Shown: positions 18,766 to 31,902, counted from the first letter of the stretch. The stretch is DNA of 49,586 nucleotides from Neisseria sp. (GCA_030530545.1 JAUMUU010000001.1:4164-53749), one strand, 5' to 3'. The notes: generated from the sequence alone by a model not told the origin. Translations and numbers: made by a program.

Positions 18766-19749
18766 TTAAGGCCTTTCCAAACCTACAGGCGGCCAAGCTT
18801 CTAATTTCGATCCAAGAGTCAAACCCTTTGAAGCCAAAACTTCTTTAATTTCATTCAAAGATTTACGACCCAAATTAGGTGTTTTCAATAACTCAGTTTC
18901 CGTACGCTGAATCAAATCACCAATATAATAAATATCTTCTGCCTTCAAGCAGTTAGCTGAACGCACCGTCAATTCCAAATCATCTACCGGACGCAACAAA
19001 ATCGGATCTATCGGCGGTGCCTTTTCTTCCACCTCTTCAACAGGCGTGCCCTGCAAATCAGCAAAGATAGACATCTGGTCGATTAAAATACGCGCAGCAC
19101 TACGCACGGCCTCTTCAGGATCAATCGAACCATTGGTTTCAACATCCAAAATCAAACGATCCAAATCCGTACGTTGTTCCACACGTGCCGGCTCGACTTC
19201 AAAATTAACCCTTCTGATGGGCGAAAAACTCGCATCCAACTGGATGGTACCAATACGGTTTTCTTCGCGCGCTACACGACGCCCGGAAACCGTTTGATAT
19301 CCCCGCCCTTGCTCGACTTTGATTTCGATTTCAACACTACCGTTATCTGCCAAATGACAAATAACATAATCAGGATTAATTATCTCAACATCATGCGGCA
19401 GATCAATATCACCGGCAAAAACCGCACCCGAACCCGTTTTATTCAGGGTAAGGGTTACTTCGCTACGGCCATGCAGCTTAAATACAATACCTTTAATATT
19501 CAATAAGATATCAACAACATCTTCTTGAACGCCTTCTAAAGTAGTGTATTCATGCAATACATTATTAATAAAGACTTCGGTAGGCGCAAAACCACTCATA
19601 GATGACAGTAAGATACGACGCAGAGCATTACCCAAAGTATGGCCAAAACCACGCTCAAAAGGCTGCATAGATACCCTTGCCCGAGTAGAAGATAGAGTAT
19701 CCACATCAATCTGACGAGGTTTTAAAAATTCGGAAGTACTGTTTTGCAT
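18766..19749 (-). CDS. rpoA: RNA polymerase alpha subunit
   Basis: [21 protein letters not shown]; alpha-[14 protein letters not shown]. Confidence 0.99.
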   Translation of the reverse strand: MQNSTSEFLKPRQIDVDTLSSTRARVSMQPFERGFGHTLGNALRRILLSSMSGFAPTEVFINNVLHEYTTLEGVQEDVVDILLNIKGIVFKLHGRSEVTLTLNKTGSGAVFAGDIDLPHDVEIINPDYVICHLADNGSVEIEIKVEQGRGYQTVSGRRVAREENRIGTIQLDASFSPIRRVNFEVEPARVEQRTDLDRLILDVETNGSIDPEEAVRSAARILIDQMSIFADLQGTPVEEVEEKAPPIDPILLRPVDDLELTVRSANCLKAEDIYYIGDLIQRTETELLKTPNLGRKSLNEIKEVLASKGLTLGSKLEAWPPVGLERP

Positions 19750-19774
19750 TTAACTGTCCCTCACGGAGCCAATA

Positions 19775-20395
19775 TTACTTAGAATAAAACTCTACTACTA
19801 GCTGTTCGTTGATATCTCTTGACAATTCCGAGCGATCAGGCATATTTTTAAATGTGCCTTCCATTTTACCCGTATCGACTGAAACCCAAGAAGGCAGCCC
19901 GATCTGAGTGGCCAAACCCAATGCTTCTTGAATCCTAACCTGTTTTTTGGCCTTCTCACGAATAGAAACAATATCGCCGGCCTTTACTTGATATGAAGGA
20001 ATATTTACCACTTGGCCATTTACCAAAATAGCCTTATGAGATACCAATTGACGTGCTTCCGCTCTGGTTGAGCCAAAACCCATACGGTACACGACATTGT
20101 CTAAGCGGGATTCCAACAATTGCAACAGCAATTCACCCGTAGAGCCTTTACGGCGAACAGCCTCTGCAAAATAACGACGGAATTGACGTTCCAATACCCC
20201 GTAAATACGGCGGATTTTCTGTTTTTCACGCAATTGCAAACCATAATCGGACAAACGCGGTTTCTTGATTCCGTGCTGACCCGGTGCTGTATCAATTTTG
20301 CACTTGGTATCCAAGGAGCGGCGGGCGCTTTTTAGAAAAAGATCAGTGCCCTCTCTGCGGGCTAATTTACATTTAGGGCCGGTATAACGTGCCAT
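19775..20395 (-). CDS. rpsD: 30S ribosomal protein S4
   Basis: [27 protein letters not shown]. Confidence 0.99.
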   Translation of the reverse strand: MARYTGPKCKLARREGTDLFLKSARRSLDTKCKIDTAPGQHGIKKPRLSDYGLQLREKQKIRRIYGVLERQFRRYFAEAVRRKGSTGELLLQLLESRLDNVVYRMGFGSTRAEARQLVSHKAILVNGQVVNIPSYQVKAGDIVSIREKAKKQVRIQEALGLATQIGLPSWVSVDTGKMEGTFKNMPDRSELSRDINEQLVVEFYSK

Positions 20396-20411
20396 ATCTC
20401 AAAACTCCAAA

Positions 20412-20807
20412 TTAAATACGACGTTTCTTAGGTGGGCGGCAACCGTTGTGAGGCAACGGGGTAACATCAGTGATACTGGTAATCTTAAACCCAAGGGAAT
20501 TTAGAGCACGCACAGAAGATTCGCGACCCGGACCCGGACCCTTAATTCGAACTTCTAAATTTTTAACACCATACTCTTGGGCAACTTTTCCAGCAGCTTC
20601 TGCAGCAACCTGTGCCGCAAATGGTGTACTTTTACGCGAACCCTTAAAACCGGCACCGCCAGAGGTAGCCCAAGACAACGCATTGCCCTGACGATCGGTA
20701 ATAGTAATGATGGTATTATTAAAAGAAGCATGAATATGAACAATACCTTCACTAACGGTTTTACGTACTTTTTTACGTACACGCGATGCTGTGTTTGCTT
20801 TAGCCAT
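20412..20807 (-). CDS. rpsK: 30S ribosomal protein S11
   Basis: [18 protein letters not shown]. Confidence 0.99.
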   Translation of the reverse strand: MAKANTASRVRKKVRKTVSEGIVHIHASFNNTIITITDRQGNALSWATSGGAGFKGSRKSTPFAAQVAAEAAGKVAQEYGVKNLEVRIKGPGPGRESSVRALNSLGFKITSITDVTPLPHNGCRPPKKRRI

Positions 20808-20826
20808 TAAATTAAATCCTTAAAAA

Positions 20827-21189
20827 TTATTTCTTACCTGCAATTGCCTTACGCGGACCCTTGCGGGTACGTGCATTGGTACGGGTTCGTTGGCCACGAC
20901 ATGGCAAACCGCGCCGATGGCGAAGGCCACGGTAACATCCCATATCCATTAACCGTTTGATATTCATAGTTACTTCACGGCGAAGGTCGCCTTCAACCTC
21001 ATATTTGGCAACCTGCTCACGCAGAGCCTCCAACTGTCCTTCGTCCAAATCCTTTACCTTAATACCGGTCAATACTCCGGCGGCCTGGCAAATTAACTTA
21101 GCGCGAGAAGAACCAATGCCATAAATAGATTGCAGTCCAATCACAATATGCGCATTATTGGGGATATTAACCCCAGCAATTCGAGCCAT
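20827..21189 (-). CDS. rpsM: 30S ribosomal protein S13
   Basis: [23 protein letters not shown]. Confidence 0.99.
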   Translation of the reverse strand: MARIAGVNIPNNAHIVIGLQSIYGIGSSRAKLICQAAGVLTGIKVKDLDEGQLEALREQVAKYEVEGDLRREVTMNIKRLMDMGCYRGLRHRRGLPCRGQRTRTNARTRKGPRKAIAGKK

Positions 21190-21232
21190 ACTTATTCCTT
21201 TATTAATAACTCAACTTCTCAAATAATAACAT

Positions 21233-21346
21233 TTATCCCTGACGCTGCTTATGTCTAGGATCAGTACAAATTACACGGACGATCCTATTACGCCGAATAA
21301 TTTTACAATTACGGCAAATTTTCTTAACAGAAGGCTGTACACGCAT
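21233..21346 (-). CDS. rpmJ: 50S ribosomal protein L36 (not in the ORF track)
   Basis: Hand translation: [37 protein letters not shown]. Confidence 0.98.
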   Translation of the reverse strand: MRVQPSVKKICRNCKIIRRNRIVRVICTDPRHKQRQG

Positions 21347-21371
21347 TATAATTTCCTTATTTACTGTGAGT

Positions 21372-21590
21372 CTACCGAGCACGGAATACAATACGTGCTC
21401 TCGTCAAATCATAGGGGGTTAGCTCAACCGTAACCTTATCCCCAGGTGAGATACGTATATAGTGCATACGCATCTTGCCGGAAATATGCCCTAAGACAAC
21501 ATGATCATTTTCCAACTTTACCATGAAAGTTGCATTTGGCAGGGTTTCCAGAATCTCACCCTGCATCTGAATAATATCTTCTTTTGCCAT
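21372..21590 (-). CDS. infA: Translation initiation factor IF-1
   Basis: MAKED, HISGKMR, ELTPYDL. Confidence 0.99.
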   Translation of the reverse strand: MAKEDIIQMQGEILETLPNATFMVKLENDHVVLGHISGKMRMHYIRISPGDKVTVELTPYDLTRARIVFRAR

Positions 21591-21591
21591 T

Positions 21592-22893
21592 TTATTTATG
21601 AGATGATGATTTCATATCAGAACGTTTTAACAAATACTCATACTGCTGGGTCATTTTATAAGAAGAAATCTGCGTATTAAAATCCATTGTTACAACCACC
21701 AAAATTAATAAAGACGTGCCACCTAAAGCAAAAGAAATATTAAATGTTGAAGTTAATAACTCTGGAATTAAGCAAATAACCGTAATATAAATTGCCCCCC
21801 AAAATGTTAATCTTGTAACAATATTCTCCAAATATTGAGCAGTCTGCAAACCTGGACGAATATTTGGAATGACAGCTCCGCTTTTCTTCAGATTTTCAGC
21901 CATTTCTTTAGGGCTGAACACCAATGCCGTATAAAAATAACAAAAAAAGATGATTGATGCGGCAAATAGAGCAATATAAATTGGCTGCCCGTGTTGCAAT
22001 AAATCCGCAATCTTCTGTATAAACCCACCTATATTATTTGTCTCGCCAACCCAACCTATTAATGTTGCCGGAAATAAGATAATACTGGACGCGAAAATAG
22101 GCGGTATCACTCCTGCCATATTTAATTTAAAAGGCATATGGGTATTTTGACTATGCCCCCCAAACTGCCTCTTGGCATAATGAACAGGTATTTTCCTTTG
22201 AGCTGCTTCAAAAAAAACAACAATATATACTAAAAATAACGTACCAGCAGCCAATCCTATTGCAATATAGGGTCTTTGCAAGACCATACTCCACAACTGT
22301 ATAATACTGGCAGGGATACCTGCAGCAATACCGGCTGTAATAATTAATGAAATTCCATTACCAATACCACGTTCGGTTATTTGTTCTCCAAGCCACATTA
22401 AAAACATAGTCCCTGTTACCAAACAAATAATGGCAGAAGTATAAAATTCTAGCTGATTCGTAACCACTACGTTTTGATGATATACCACACTAGCAACAGC
22501 AAAACTCTGAACCACTGCTAATGCGACAGTTCCTAAACGAGTATATTTAGTAATTGTTTTCCTTCCAGCTTCACCTTCTTTTTTTAAAGCTTTCAAAGAT
22601 GGGATAATCTCTGTGGCTAACTGTATAACAATTGATGCTGAAATATAGGGCATTATACCGATTGCAAAAATACTAAAGCGCTCCAGCGATCCTCCCGAGA
22701 ACATATTCAACATACCCAGAATACCGCTGCTTGCGCTTTTGTTATATAACTCAGCGAGAGCAGCTGCATCCACACCCGGTACCGGAATATGGGCACCAAT
22801 ACGAAATACGATTAATGCCCCCAGTAAAAATATTAACCGGTTCTTTAACTCATCAGATTTAAATAAACCCGATGTTGTTTTTTGATCAGCCAC
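21592..22893 (-). CDS. secY: Preprotein translocase SecY
   Basis: [31 protein letters not shown]; start is GTG 22893 or ATG 22902. Confidence 0.98.
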   Translation of the reverse strand: MADQKTTSGLFKSDELKNRLIFLLGALIVFRIGAHIPVPGVDAAALAELYNKSASSGILGMLNMFSGGSLERFSIFAIGIMPYISASIVIQLATEIIPSLKALKKEGEAGRKTITKYTRLGTVALAVVQSFAVASVVYHQNVVVTNQLEFYTSAIICLVTGTMFLMWLGEQITERGIGNGISLIITAGIAAGIPASIIQLWSMVLQRPYIAIGLAAGTLFLVYIVVFFEAAQRKIPVHYAKRQFGGHSQNTHMPFKLNMAGVIPPIFASSIILFPATLIGWVGETNNIGGFIQKIADLLQHGQPIYIALFAASIIFFCYFYTALVFSPKEMAENLKKSGAVIPNIRPGLQTAQYLENIVTRLTFWGAIYITVICLIPELLTSTFNISFALGGTSLLILVVVTMDFNTQISSYKMTQQYEYLLKRSDMKSSSHK

Positions 22894-22910
22894 TTTATAC
22901 ATTAACCCTA

Positions 22911-23348
22911 TTATTCTTCCACCCTACCACCAGCGGCTTCAATTGCTAGTTTGGCATTTTTGGTGGCTTTTATACCACTAAGTATAATTGGTTTAGAAAG
23001 TTTGCCAGAAGCAATTACCTTAACAGAAGTAATTTGATTTGATACCAAACCAACTTTTCTTAATGCAGAAACGTTAATTTTATCAAAATCTGTAATAGCT
23101 TCCAATTCATTTAGCCGTAATTCGGCACTTTTAGAAGCGGTCAAGGAATTAAAACCTCTTTTAGGCAGGCGTCTTTGTAAAGGCATTTGTCCGCCCTCAA
23201 AACCAGTTTTATGGAATCCACCAGCACGGCTTTTTTGTCCTTTATGGCCACGACCACCAGTTTTACCTAATCCACTGCCAATACCGCGGCCAACCCTGCG
23301 ACGAGACTTTGTTGCACCAAATGCGGGACAAATAGAATTCAAAAACAT
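22911..23348 (-). CDS. rplO: 50S ribosomal protein L15
   Basis: [21 protein letters not shown]. Confidence 0.99.
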   Translation of the reverse strand: MFLNSICPAFGATKSRRRVGRGIGSGLGKTGGRGHKGQKSRAGGFHKTGFEGGQMPLQRRLPKRGFNSLTASKSAELRLNELEAITDFDKINVSALRKVGLVSNQITSVKVIASGKLSKPIILSGIKATKNAKLAIEAAGGRVEE

Positions 23349-23351
23349 ATT

Positions 23352-23537
23352 TTAGGACTCCACTTTCAATAGATAATTAATTTTATTAATCATACCGCGA
23401 TTTTCAGGAGTATCCAATACGTTAACCGTATGCTCTCTATGACGAAGACCTAATCCACGAGCACAATCACGATGTGATTTTATAGTACCGATTAAACTTT
23501 TAACTAAAGTAACTTTAATCCTTTTTTGTTCAGTCAT
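23352..23537 (-). CDS. rpmD: 50S ribosomal protein L30
   Basis: [19 protein letters not shown]. Confidence 0.98.
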   Translation of the reverse strand: MTEQKRIKVTLVKSLIGTIKSHRDCARGLGLRHREHTVNVLDTPENRGMINKINYLLKVES

Positions 23538-24048
23538 TACCTACCCCTAAAATTTCTTCTACTGATAATCCGCGTTTAGCAGCAATTTCACTTGGTGTGC
23601 ATAATTTTGACAAACCATCTAATGTGGCACGTACAATATTATAAGGATTTGTCGATCCATGTACCTTAGCGGAAATATTATGCACGCCCAAAGCATCAAA
23701 TACTAAACGCATAGGACCGCCTGCTTTCACGCCATTACCATCTTTTGCCGGCTGCATAAAGACACGGGTCGCACCATGTTTACCAAAAACCTCATGATGA
23801 ATAGTTCCATTTTTTAATGGTACTTTTATCATGGAGCGACGCGCCTGATCCATGGCTTTTTGTACTGCAACGGGAACTTCCTTAGATTTTCCCTTACCCA
23901 TACCTATACGGCCATCCCCATCACCAACCACTGTTAAAGCTGAGAATGCCATTATACGGCCACCTTTAACTACTTTAGTTACTCGGTTTACCGCAACCAT
24001 TTTTTCAATTAAACCATCGCCACGTTCTTCTGTTTCGTGTCTTGCCAT
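23530..24048 (-). CDS. rpsE: 30S ribosomal protein S5
   Basis: [12 protein letters not shown]. Confidence 0.99.
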   Translation of the reverse strand: MARHETEERGDGLIEKMVAVNRVTKVVKGGRIMAFSALTVVGDGDGRIGMGKGKSKEVPVAVQKAMDQARRSMIKVPLKNGTIHHEVFGKHGATRVFMQPAKDGNGVKAGGPMRLVFDALGVHNISAKVHGSTNPYNIVRATLDGLSKLCTPSEIAAKRGLSVEEILGVGND

Positions 24049-24073
24049 GTTCCACTCCAAACTTAATTATCTT

Positions 24074-24427
24074 TTAAAAACTTAAGCCATTCTCACGCGC
24101 AGCTTCCGCCAAAGCCTTAACACGACCATGATATTGAAAGCCCGATCTATCAAAAGCAACTTTCTCTATCCCTATAGCTTTTGCTTTTTCAGCAATTCGT
24201 TTACCAATCAAAGCAGCCGCTTCAATATTGCTACCTGATTTCAAAGTATTACGTACTTCTAGTTCCAAGGTAGAAGCGGAAGTCAATACTTGATCACCGC
24301 TAATATTGATTATTTGGGCATAAATATGATTATTCGTACGCAGTACACATAAACGAACCATTTTTAAATTTGCAATACGAATACGGGTTTTACGGGCACG
24401 GCGGAGCCTATTTATACGTTTATCCAT
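24074..24427 (-). CDS. rplR: 50S ribosomal protein L18
   Basis: [14 protein letters not shown]. Confidence 0.99.
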   Translation of the reverse strand: MDKRINRLRRARKTRIRIANLKMVRLCVLRTNNHIYAQIINISGDQVLTSASTLELEVRNTLKSGSNIEAAALIGKRIAEKAKAIGIEKVAFDRSGFQYHGRVKALAEAARENGLSF

Positions 24428-24444
24428 TATTATTCAAACCTTAG

Positions 24445-24978
24445 TTATTTTTTCTTCGCTTCTTTCATTGCAACTTTTTCACCCACATACCGGATGCCTT
24501 TGCCTTTATAAGGCTCAGGTGGACGAAATGCACGAATCTCAGCAGCAACTTGTCCGATGATTTGTTTATCAGCACCAGTTAGAACTATTTCAGTCTGGGA
24601 TGGGGTTTGTACCGAAACTCCTTTAGGCATCTCATAAACTACAGGATGGGAAAAACCTAATGAAAGATTTAAAGTAGAACCTTGGGATTGGGCACGGTAA
24701 CCAACTCCAATCAATTGAAGTTTTTTCTCAAACCCTTCTGTAACTCCTTTAACCATATTGGATATTAATGCACGCATCGTACCTGACATGGCATTTGCTT
24801 GCTTACTATTATTAGTCGGTGTAAAGGTTAAATTATTTTCATCTAATTTAACACAAACATCCGTATTCAATGGTAAAGATAATTCACCACCTTTGCCCTT
24901 GATGGTTAATATATCTGATCCAAATTTAACTTCGACACCAGTGGGAATGATTACTGGATTTTTTGCTACGCGAGACAT
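24445..24978 (-). CDS. rplF: 50S ribosomal protein L6
   Basis: [18 protein letters not shown]. Confidence 0.99.
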   Translation of the reverse strand: MSRVAKNPVIIPTGVEVKFGSDILTIKGKGGELSLPLNTDVCVKLDENNLTFTPTNNSKQANAMSGTMRALISNMVKGVTEGFEKKLQLIGVGYRAQSQGSTLNLSLGFSHPVVYEMPKGVSVQTPSQTEIVLTGADKQIIGQVAAEIRAFRPPEPYKGKGIRYVGEKVAMKEAKKK

Positions 24979-24991
24979 GTTATCAACTCTC

Positions 24992-25384
24992 CTAGGCAAC
25001 AATACATAATAATTCGCCACCGACACCTTCGGATCGAGCCTTACGATCTGTCATCACACCTTTTGAGGTACTTATAATCGCCACACCTAATCCATTCATG
25101 ACATAAGGGATTTCATTGGAACCCTTATAGACTCGAAGCCCCGGCCTAGAAATACGTTTAATTTGTTCAATAACAGGATGTCCTGCATAATATTTCAATT
25201 CAATTTCCAAAACTGGTTTTGTATCAGTGGAAACCAAAAAATTTTCTATATATCCTTCTTCTTTCAATACTTTTGCAATAGCACATTTTATTTTAGAAGA
25301 CGGCATAGCTACGGATATTTTATTTGCCCGTTGTGCGTTACGAATACGGGTCAACATATCGGAAATAGGATCATGCATACTCAT
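24992..25384 (-). CDS. rpsH: 30S ribosomal protein S8
   Basis: [20 protein letters not shown]. Confidence 0.99.
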   Translation of the reverse strand: MSMHDPISDMLTRIRNAQRANKISVAMPSSKIKCAIAKVLKEEGYIENFLVSTDTKPVLEIELKYYAGHPVIEQIKRISRPGLRVYKGSNEIPYVMNGLGVAIISTSKGVMTDRKARSEGVGGELLCIVA

Positions 25385-25398
25385 TTAATTTCCCCTAC

Positions 25399-25704
25399 TT
25401 ACCAGCTGGCCTTGATTACGCCAGGGATTTCACCACGCATGGCAATTTCACGAATTTTAATACGGCCTAATCCAAATTTACGGAATGTGCCACGAGGACG
25501 GCCAGTTAGTGCGCAACGACGACGCTGCCTGATTGGAGCGGCATTACGAGGAATACTTTGCAATTTTAAACGAGCTTCAAAGCGTTCTTCGTCCGTTAAA
25601 TTAATGTTATTGGCAACAGCCAAAATAGCTGCTCGCTTAGCCGCATACTTTTTTGCTAGTGCAATTCGTTTTATTTCACGATTAATTAATGCTTTTTTTG
25701 CCAT
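25399..25704 (-). CDS. rpsN: 30S ribosomal protein S14
   Basis: [14 protein letters not shown]. Confidence 0.99.
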   Translation of the reverse strand: MAKKALINREIKRIALAKKYAAKRAAILAVANNINLTDEERFEARLKLQSIPRNAAPIRQRRRCALTGRPRGTFRKFGLGRIKIREIAMRGEIPGVIKASW

Positions 25705-25706
25705 GA

Positions 25707-26246
25707 CTATCCCTTAAATGGAAATTTGAATAATGCTAATAAAGCCTTTGCCTCTTCATCAGTTTTCGCAGAAGTTGTAATCGTGATATTTAAACCACGT
25801 AAAGCATCTATTTTATCATATTCAATTTCTGGGAAAATAATCTGCTCACGAATACCCATATTATAATTACCGCGACCATCAAAAGATTTTCCATTGACCC
25901 CGCGAAAATCACGTACACGTGGTAATGCTATCGTAATCAATCTATCTAAAAATTCAAACATCTGATCGCGCCGCAAGGTTACTTTACAGCCTACCGGGTA
26001 ATTATCCCGAATTTTAAAACCTGCAATTGATTTACGTGCGACTGTGATAATGGGTTTTTGACCTGCAATTTTTTCCAAATCGCTTACAGCATGCTCCATA
26101 ACTTTCTTATCTGCAACAGCCTCGCCAACACCCATATTCAATGTAATTTTTTCGATACGGGGAACTTCCATTACAGACTTATAATTAAATTGTTTAATTA
26201 ATTCTGGAACAATGGTATTTTTATAAAACTCTTTTAAACGAGCCAT
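25707..26246 (-). CDS. rplE: 50S ribosomal protein L5
   Basis: [17 protein letters not shown]. Confidence 0.99.
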   Translation of the reverse strand: MARLKEFYKNTIVPELIKQFNYKSVMEVPRIEKITLNMGVGEAVADKKVMEHAVSDLEKIAGQKPIITVARKSIAGFKIRDNYPVGCKVTLRRDQMFEFLDRLITIALPRVRDFRGVNGKSFDGRGNYNMGIREQIIFPEIEYDKIDALRGLNITITTSAKTDEEAKALLALFKFPFKG

Positions 26247-26253
26247 AACTTTA

Positions 26254-26589
26254 TTACTCCTTAGGCGTCACATCAATCTGGGAACCGGTGGATTTATATA
26301 TGCGAACACGTTTCACCTTATCTCCACCCTCAATGAGTTTAATACCTACGCGATCAGCCTTTTGAGTTTCCGGATTATAGATAGCAACATTAGAGATATC
26401 TAAAGGCATATTTTTAATTAAAATACCACCTTCTATGCCCCTCATTGGAATAGGTTTTTGATGACGTTTGGCAATATTAATTCCATCAACTATAATTTTT
26501 TGTCCCATAACAGCAATGACTTTACCTTGCTTACCTTTGTCTTTGCCAGTTAAAACAACTACCTGGTCGCCCTTAATAATTTTATTCAT
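26254..26589 (-). CDS. rplX: 50S ribosomal protein L24
   Basis: KOW motif [15 protein letters not shown]. Confidence 0.98.
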   Translation of the reverse strand: MNKIIKGDQVVVLTGKDKGKQGKVIAVMGQKIIVDGINIAKRHQKPIPMRGIEGGILIKNMPLDISNVAIYNPETQKADRVGIKLIEGGDKVKRVRIYKSTGSQIDVTPKE

Positions 26590-26599
26590 TATAATCCCT

Positions 26600-26968
26600 T
26601 CACAGCACTTCGGGTGCCAATGAAACAATTTTCATAAAACGCTCAGTACGAAGTTCTCGAGTTACCGGGCCAAAAATACGTGTACCCATAGGTTCTAATT
26701 TATTGTTCAACAAGACTGCCGCATTATTATCAAATTTAATAAGCGCACCATCTGGACGACGCACACCTTTAGCAGTACGAACAACTACCGCATTATATAC
26801 ATCACCTTTTTTAACCCGACCGCGGGGAGCTGCATCTTTTATAGCTACTTTAATAATATCGCCTACGCCGGCATAACGACGTTTAGAGCCGCCCAATACC
26901 TTTATGCACATAACGCGACGCGCACCAGAATTATCAGCGACATCTAAGATAGTCTGCATCTGAATCAT
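26600..26968 (-). CDS. rplN: 50S ribosomal protein L14
   Basis: [14 protein letters not shown]. Confidence 0.99.
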   Translation of the reverse strand: MIQMQTILDVADNSGARRVMCIKVLGGSKRRYAGVGDIIKVAIKDAAPRGRVKKGDVYNAVVVRTAKGVRRPDGALIKFDNNAAVLLNNKLEPMGTRIFGPVTRELRTERFMKIVSLAPEVL

Positions 26969-27120
26969 TTTTTTACCTTTAAATAATCCAACTTAATTTA
27001 TTACTACTTTTTAGGAAAAATTATTTAATCCTAAAAAACCTAAAAAATTTAGATTCCAAATAAATCAGTTTTGGCCCCGCAGGGAAAGAAACCATTAGGA
27101 AACCAATGGTTGAAGAACGG

Positions 27121-27149
27121 ATTTTACAGGGATTTCAACAATCCTGCAA
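27121..27149 (-). promoter_or_regulatory. Candidate spc operon promoter
   Basis: TTGCAG-17 nt-TAAAAT on the minus strand between rpsQ and rplN. Confidence 0.65.
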
Positions 27150-27185
27150 GCATCCGCCCTATTTAGATAAAATCTGTAGTTGAAA

Positions 27186-27449
27186 TCAAACAGTTTTTGC
27201 TTTCTCAACCAATTCCTTTACTATCCAGGATTTGGTCTTGGACAAAGGCCTGCTTTCCTCAATGATTACAATATCACCGACAGCATATTGATTCGTTTCA
27301 TCATGAGCATGAAGTTTCGTAGAACGGCGAATTACTTTACCATACAAGGGGTGTTTCACTCTACGTTCAATCAATACAGTAACTGTTTTATCCATCTTGT
27401 CACTGATTACTTTACCCTGCAAAGTACGAACGTTTTTTTCCTCACTCAT
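27186..27449 (-). CDS. rpsQ: 30S ribosomal protein S17
   Basis: SDKMDKT, HPLYGK, RPLSKTK. Confidence 0.99.
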   Translation of the reverse strand: MSEEKNVRTLQGKVISDKMDKTVTVLIERRVKHPLYGKVIRRSTKLHAHDETNQYAVGDIVIIEESRPLSKTKSWIVKELVEKAKTV

Positions 27450-27643
27450 GATTTTGCACCCTTCTCAGCAAGAACAGTTTTGATACGAGCAATATTGCGA
27501 CGAACCATCTTCAAGTCACTGGTCTTGCCTAACTGACCAGTAGCATGTTGCATCCTCAAACCAAACTGGGTCTTTAGCAAATTGACTAAATCGATATTCA
27601 ATTGCTCGACTGATTTATCCTTCAATTCCCTAACCTTCATCAT
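27446..27643 (-). CDS. rpmC: 50S ribosomal protein L29
   Basis: [19 protein letters not shown]. Confidence 0.98.
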   Translation of the reverse strand: MMKVRELKDKSVEQLNIDLVNLLKTQFGLRMQHATGQLGKTSDLKMVRRNIARIKTVLAEKGAKS

Positions 27644-28056
27644 TTACCTACCTGTCTCACTACAAATGTAGTTGGAATGGGTAATTTAGCAGCAGCCAAT
27701 GCAAATGCCTCACGGGCTAGAGTTTCTGCCACGCCATCCATCTCATACAAAATTTTACCTGGCTGGATCTCTGCCACATAATACTCTACAGAACCTTTAC
27801 CACCGCCCATACGAACTTGAATAGGTTTGGCGGTAATCGGTTTGTCTGGGAATACGCGAATCCAAATACGGCCACCGCGTTTAATATGCCTGGTCATTGC
27901 ACGACGAGCAGCTTCAATTTGACGAGCAGTAAGACGGCCACGCCCAATAGCTTTCAAACCAAAGTCTCCAAAACTTACCATATTGCCACGCGTAGCAATG
28001 CCATTATTGCGGCCTTTATGCTGTTTGCGATATTTTAGTCTAGTTGGCTGCAGCAT
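27640..28056 (-). CDS. rplP: 50S ribosomal protein L16
   Basis: [13 protein letters not shown]. Confidence 0.99.
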   Translation of the reverse strand: MLQPTRLKYRKQHKGRNNGIATRGNMVSFGDFGLKAIGRGRLTARQIEAARRAMTRHIKRGGRIWIRVFPDKPITAKPIQVRMGGGKGSVEYYVAEIQPGKILYEMDGVAETLAREAFALAAAKLPIPTTFVVRQVGK

Positions 28057-28735
28057 TTCGACTTACCTTTCTGCGTTTATTTTCTTGGTCGGGCTTTGTC
28101 TGGGCAACTTCATTACCTTCACCGGTATAAACCCAAACTTTCAAACCAATTACACCATAAGTGGTATGCGCCTCACTTGTTGCGTAATCTACATTTGCAC
28201 GCAGGGTGTGCAAGGGAACGCGACCTTCACGATACCATTCGCTACGGGCTATATCGGCACCATTTAAACGACCGGAAGTCATGATTTTAATGCCTTTTGC
28301 TCCGACTTTCATAGCATTTTGCATGGCCCGTTTCATGGCTCGACGAAATTGAACGCGTTTTTCCAACTGCTGGGCAATGCCATCCGCAATAATTTGCGCA
28401 TCCAGTTCAGGCTTACGAATTTCCTCGATATTCACGTGAACCGGAACACCCATCAGGTTTTGCAAATCACGTTTCAAATCTTCGATATCGCTACCTTTTT
28501 TTCCAATAACGGTTCCCGGGCGAGCCGAGTGGATAGTGATACGGGCGGATTTTGCGGGACGCTCAATAACAACGCGGCCAACAGACGCACTTGCCAAGCG
28601 TTTATGCAAATATTCCCGAACATCAATATCTTGTTTCAGAATGGTCGAAAAATCAGATGTTTTAGCGAACCATTTGGAAGACCAATCTTTATTTACCGCC
28701 AGGCGAAAGCCAGTCGGATGAATTTTTTGTCCCAT
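28040..28735 (-). CDS. rpsC: 30S ribosomal protein S3
   Basis: [22 protein letters not shown]. Confidence 0.99.
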   Translation of the reverse strand: MGQKIHPTGFRLAVNKDWSSKWFAKTSDFSTILKQDIDVREYLHKRLASASVGRVVIERPAKSARITIHSARPGTVIGKKGSDIEDLKRDLQNLMGVPVHVNIEEIRKPELDAQIIADGIAQQLEKRVQFRRAMKRAMQNAMKVGAKGIKIMTSGRLNGADIARSEWYREGRVPLHTLRANVDYATSEAHTTYGVIGLKVWVYTGEGNEVAQTKPDQENKRRKVSRNAAAN

Positions 28736-28744
28736 AGCTTTTCC

Positions 28745-29074
28745 TTAGTTGCCTACCGTTACATTAATATGACAAGTTTGTTTTTCGATACGGTTTCCAC
28801 GGCCTTTTGCGCGAGCTTGAAAGCGTTTCAATGATGAGGCCTTGTCTACATAAATAGTAAGGACTTTTAACTCATCAATATCGGCACCTTCATTATGCTC
28901 TGCATTAGCAATAGCAGATTCCAATACTTTTTTTATTAACTCAGCACCTTTTTTAGGGCTGAATGCCAAGATATTTAACGCTTGGGCAACATCTTTTCCA
29001 CGAATCAAATCTGCTACCAGGCGGGCCTTTTGAGCAGAGATGCGGGCATTTTTATGTGATGCAGATACTCTCAT
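28745..29074 (-). CDS. rplV: 50S ribosomal protein L22
   Basis: [23 protein letters not shown]. Confidence 0.99.
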   Translation of the reverse strand: MRVSASHKNARISAQKARLVADLIRGKDVAQALNILAFSPKKGAELIKKVLESAIANAEHNEGADIDELKVLTIYVDKASSLKRFQARAKGRGNRIEKQTCHINVTVGN

Positions 29075-29083
29075 GTTATTTCC

Positions 29084-29362
29084 CTATTTTTTCTTCGCTT
29101 TTTTATCAGCCAGATGGCCTTTAAAAGTACGGGTCAATGAGAACTCACCTAATTTGTGGCCAACCATATTGTCGCTGATAAATACGGGTACATGGGTACG
29201 GCCGTTATGTACGGCAATAGTCAAACCAATAAAATCAGGCAATATGGTTGAACGGCGAGACCAAGTTTTAATTGGCCGTTTGTCATTATTTGCACGAGCG
29301 GCATCTACCTTTTTAAGCAGATGCAAATCCACATATGGGCCTTTTTTCAATGAACGTGCCAT
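29084..29362 (-). CDS. rpsS: 30S ribosomal protein S19
   Basis: [16 protein letters not shown]. Confidence 0.99.
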   Translation of the reverse strand: MARSLKKGPYVDLHLLKKVDAARANNDKRPIKTWSRRSTILPDFIGLTIAVHNGRTHVPVFISDNMVGHKLGEFSLTRTFKGHLADKKAKKK

Positions 29363-29367
29363 GTCAA

Positions 29368-30201
29368 TTAACCTTTATTTGAATAACGACGGCGAACAAT
29401 CATGTTGTCCGTGCGCTTATTGTTGCGTGTACGATAGCCTTTAGCCGGTGTTCCCCACGGGCTGACAGGTTCGCGTGCCTCACCGGTACGTCCCTCACCG
29501 CCACCATGCGGGTGATCAACAGGGTTCATTACGACACCGCGTACCGTCGGGCGGATACCGCGCCAACGGTTGGCTCCGGCTTTACCGATTTTTTTCAGGC
29601 TCTGTTCTTCATTGCCAACTTCGCCGATGGTTGCACGGCAGTCGATGTGGATTTTACGCACTTCGCCCGAACGCAAACGGATTTGTGCGTATACGCCTTC
29701 TTTGGCCAGGACAACTGCTGAAGCTCCGGCAGAACGGGCAATCTGCGCCCCTTTACCGGGTTTCATTTCAATGCAGTGTACGGTTGTACCAACAGGTATG
29801 TTCCGGATAGGCAGTGTATTGCCGGCTTTAATTGCTGCTTCAGATCCGGATACCAGAACCGCACCTACCTGAATACCCCGGGGGGCAATAATATAACGCC
29901 GTTCGCCATCGGCATAGCACAATAAGGCTATGTGCGCTGTGCGGTTCGGATCATATTCGATACGTTCTACTTTTGCGGGAATACCGTCTTTATTGCGCTT
30001 GAAATCCACTATGCGATAATGGTGTTTGTGGCCGCCGCCTTTATGACGGGTGGTGATATGACCATTATTGTTGCGGCCGGCGGTGGAATTTTGTTTTTCA
30101 ACCAGTGCCGCATAGGGTGCGCCTTTATGCAGACCTTCCGTAGTAACGCGAACCATGCCGCGTCGGCCAGCAGAGGTCGGCTTCATTTTGACAATAGCCA
30201 T
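29368..30201 (-). CDS. rplB: 50S ribosomal protein L2
   Basis: [19 protein letters not shown]. Confidence 0.99.
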   Translation of the reverse strand: MAIVKMKPTSAGRRGMVRVTTEGLHKGAPYAALVEKQNSTAGRNNNGHITTRHKGGGHKHHYRIVDFKRNKDGIPAKVERIEYDPNRTAHIALLCYADGERRYIIAPRGIQVGAVLVSGSEAAIKAGNTLPIRNIPVGTTVHCIEMKPGKGAQIARSAGASAVVLAKEGVYAQIRLRSGEVRKIHIDCRATIGEVGNEEQSLKKIGKAGANRWRGIRPTVRGVVMNPVDHPHGGGEGRTGEAREPVSPWGTPAKGYRTRNNKRTDNMIVRRRYSNKG

Positions 30202-30206
30202 AATAC

Positions 30207-30521
30207 TTATTCCTTATCTGCTGCAACTGCTGCGGTTTCAAGATTCAATTCTTGACCTTCCACCAATGCCACATAGGCTTTTTTTACATCGCTGCGGCGA
30301 TACACGGTACGGCCGAAGCGTCTTACCTTACCTTTGGTGGTGGTAGTGGTAACAGAAGCAACTTTTACGCCAAACAACATCTCAACAGCGGCTTTGATTT
30401 CCGGTTTGGTTGCGTTGGGCAATACTTTAAAAGTTATTTGGTTACGTTTTTCTGCCAGCAAGTTGCTTTTTTCAGAAACAACAGGCGCCAGAATTATTTT
30501 GGTCAGGCGTTCTTGATTCAT
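30207..30521 (-). CDS. rplW: 50S ribosomal protein L23
   Basis: [13 protein letters not shown]. Confidence 0.98.
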   Translation of the reverse strand: MNQERLTKIILAPVVSEKSNLLAEKRNQITFKVLPNATKPEIKAAVEMLFGVKVASVTTTTTKGKVRRFGRTVYRRSDVKKAYVALVEGQELNLETAAVAADKE

Positions 30522-31138
30522 GCCCATTGCTCCTCTAACTGTGCAACCGCAGCTTTGGTAATCACTACTTTTTTATAACGCAGCAGGTTGTAGGGGTCAA
30601 TTTGGTGTGCTTCCAAAACCAATACGTTTGGCAGGTTGCGTGAAGAGAGGTAGACGTTCTCATCAAGTTGTTTGGTTACAAACAATACCTGCTCCAAACC
30701 CATTTGTTTCACCTGTTCGGCAAAGATTTTGGTTTTGGGTGTGGCGATAGAAAGCTCTTCGATGACCAGCAGGCGTTCTTCCCTTACCAATTGCGACAGG
30801 ATGGTGGCCATGCCGGCACGATACATTTTGCGGTTTACTTTTTGGGTAAAGTTTTCGTCCGGTTTGTTGGGGAAGGCGCGGCCGCCGCTCCGCCACAACG
30901 GGGAAGAGGTCATACCGGAACGGGCACGGCCGGTACCTTTTTGACGCCACGGTTTTTTGGTGGAGTGTTTTACTTCGGCACGGGTCAGTTGTGCGCGGTT
31001 GCCGGAACGGGCATTTGCCAAAAAGGCGGTAACCAGTTGGTGTACCAATGCTTCGTTGTATTCGCGCGCAAACAGGGTGTCGGAAGCAGACAGTGTGCCT
31101 GAAACCTGACCTTGGGGGTTAATTACGTTTAATTCCAT
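30518..31138 (-). CDS. rplD: 50S ribosomal protein L4
   Basis: [14 protein letters not shown]. Confidence 0.99.
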   Translation of the reverse strand: MELNVINPQGQVSGTLSASDTLFAREYNEALVHQLVTAFLANARSGNRAQLTRAEVKHSTKKPWRQKGTGRARSGMTSSPLWRSGGRAFPNKPDENFTQKVNRKMYRAGMATILSQLVREERLLVIEELSIATPKTKIFAEQVKQMGLEQVLFVTKQLDENVYLSSRNLPNVLVLEAHQIDPYNLLRYKKVVITKAAVAQLEEQWA

Positions 31139-31782
31139 TACGCACCTACTTTCACTGCGGGACGTACAACGACATCGCTGTTGATGGCGCCGGGAACGGC
31201 ACCTTTGACCAGCAACAGGTTGCGTTCTGCATCAACCCGTACGATTTCCAAGTTTTGCACGGTGGATTTGGTATTGCCGTATTGTCCGGCCATGCGCTGA
31301 CCCGGGAATACGCGGCCCGGATCTTGTGCCATGCCTATGGAACCCGGCACGCGGTGCGAACGGGAGTTACCGTGGGAAGTGCGTTGCGAATCGAAATTAT
31401 GGCGTTTGATGGTACCGGAGAAGCCTTTGCCTTTGGAGGTACCGGTAATATCGACCAGTTGGCCGGCTTCGAACATGGCCACGGTGATTTCCGCACCCGC
31501 CTGCAAGTCGGCCAGCTTTTCTTCGGAAACGGTAAATTCGAGCAGGCCGCGCCCCGCCTCAACGCCTGCTTTGGCGAAGTGGCCGGCTTGGGCTTTGTTT
31601 ACCTTTTTTGCTTTTTTCTGTCCAAAGGTAACTTGGACGGCCGTGTAGCCGTCGGTATCTTTGGATTTCAGTTGGGTGACGCGGTTTGCGGTCATTTCCA
31701 ACACGGTTACCGGAACAGAAGCACCCTGTTCGTTAAACACGCGGGTCATGCCCACTTTGCGTCCAACCAGACCTAAAGTCAT
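31138..31782 (-). CDS. rplC: 50S ribosomal protein L3
   Basis: GRKVGMT, SKGKGF, PGRVFPG. Confidence 0.99.
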   Translation of the reverse strand: MTLGLVGRKVGMTRVFNEQGASVPVTVLEMTANRVTQLKSKDTDGYTAVQVTFGQKKAKKVNKAQAGHFAKAGVEAGRGLLEFTVSEEKLADLQAGAEITVAMFEAGQLVDITGTSKGKGFSGTIKRHNFDSQRTSHGNSRSHRVPGSIGMAQDPGRVFPGQRMAGQYGNTKSTVQNLEIVRVDAERNLLLVKGAVPGAINSDVVVRPAVKVGA

Positions 31783-31872
31783 GATTATTTTCCTTTAAAT
31801 TAAAGGGGTTGGCTGCGATTGGCCAACCATTGGACAAAAGTTACAATCTTGGCATCCAGGGCCAAGGTCGGG

Positions 31873-31902
31873 ACTATACTACATTAAGGTATGCTTTTTC
31901 AA
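31873..31902 (-). promoter_or_regulatory. Candidate promoter for the rplC-headed operon
   Basis: TTGAAA-18 nt-TATAGT on the minus strand. Confidence 0.6.

Noticed and set aside
18361-29400. Low-GC block read as a genomic island or prophage
   Set aside because: Contains only canonical ribosomal operon genes in standard order, with no mobility genes
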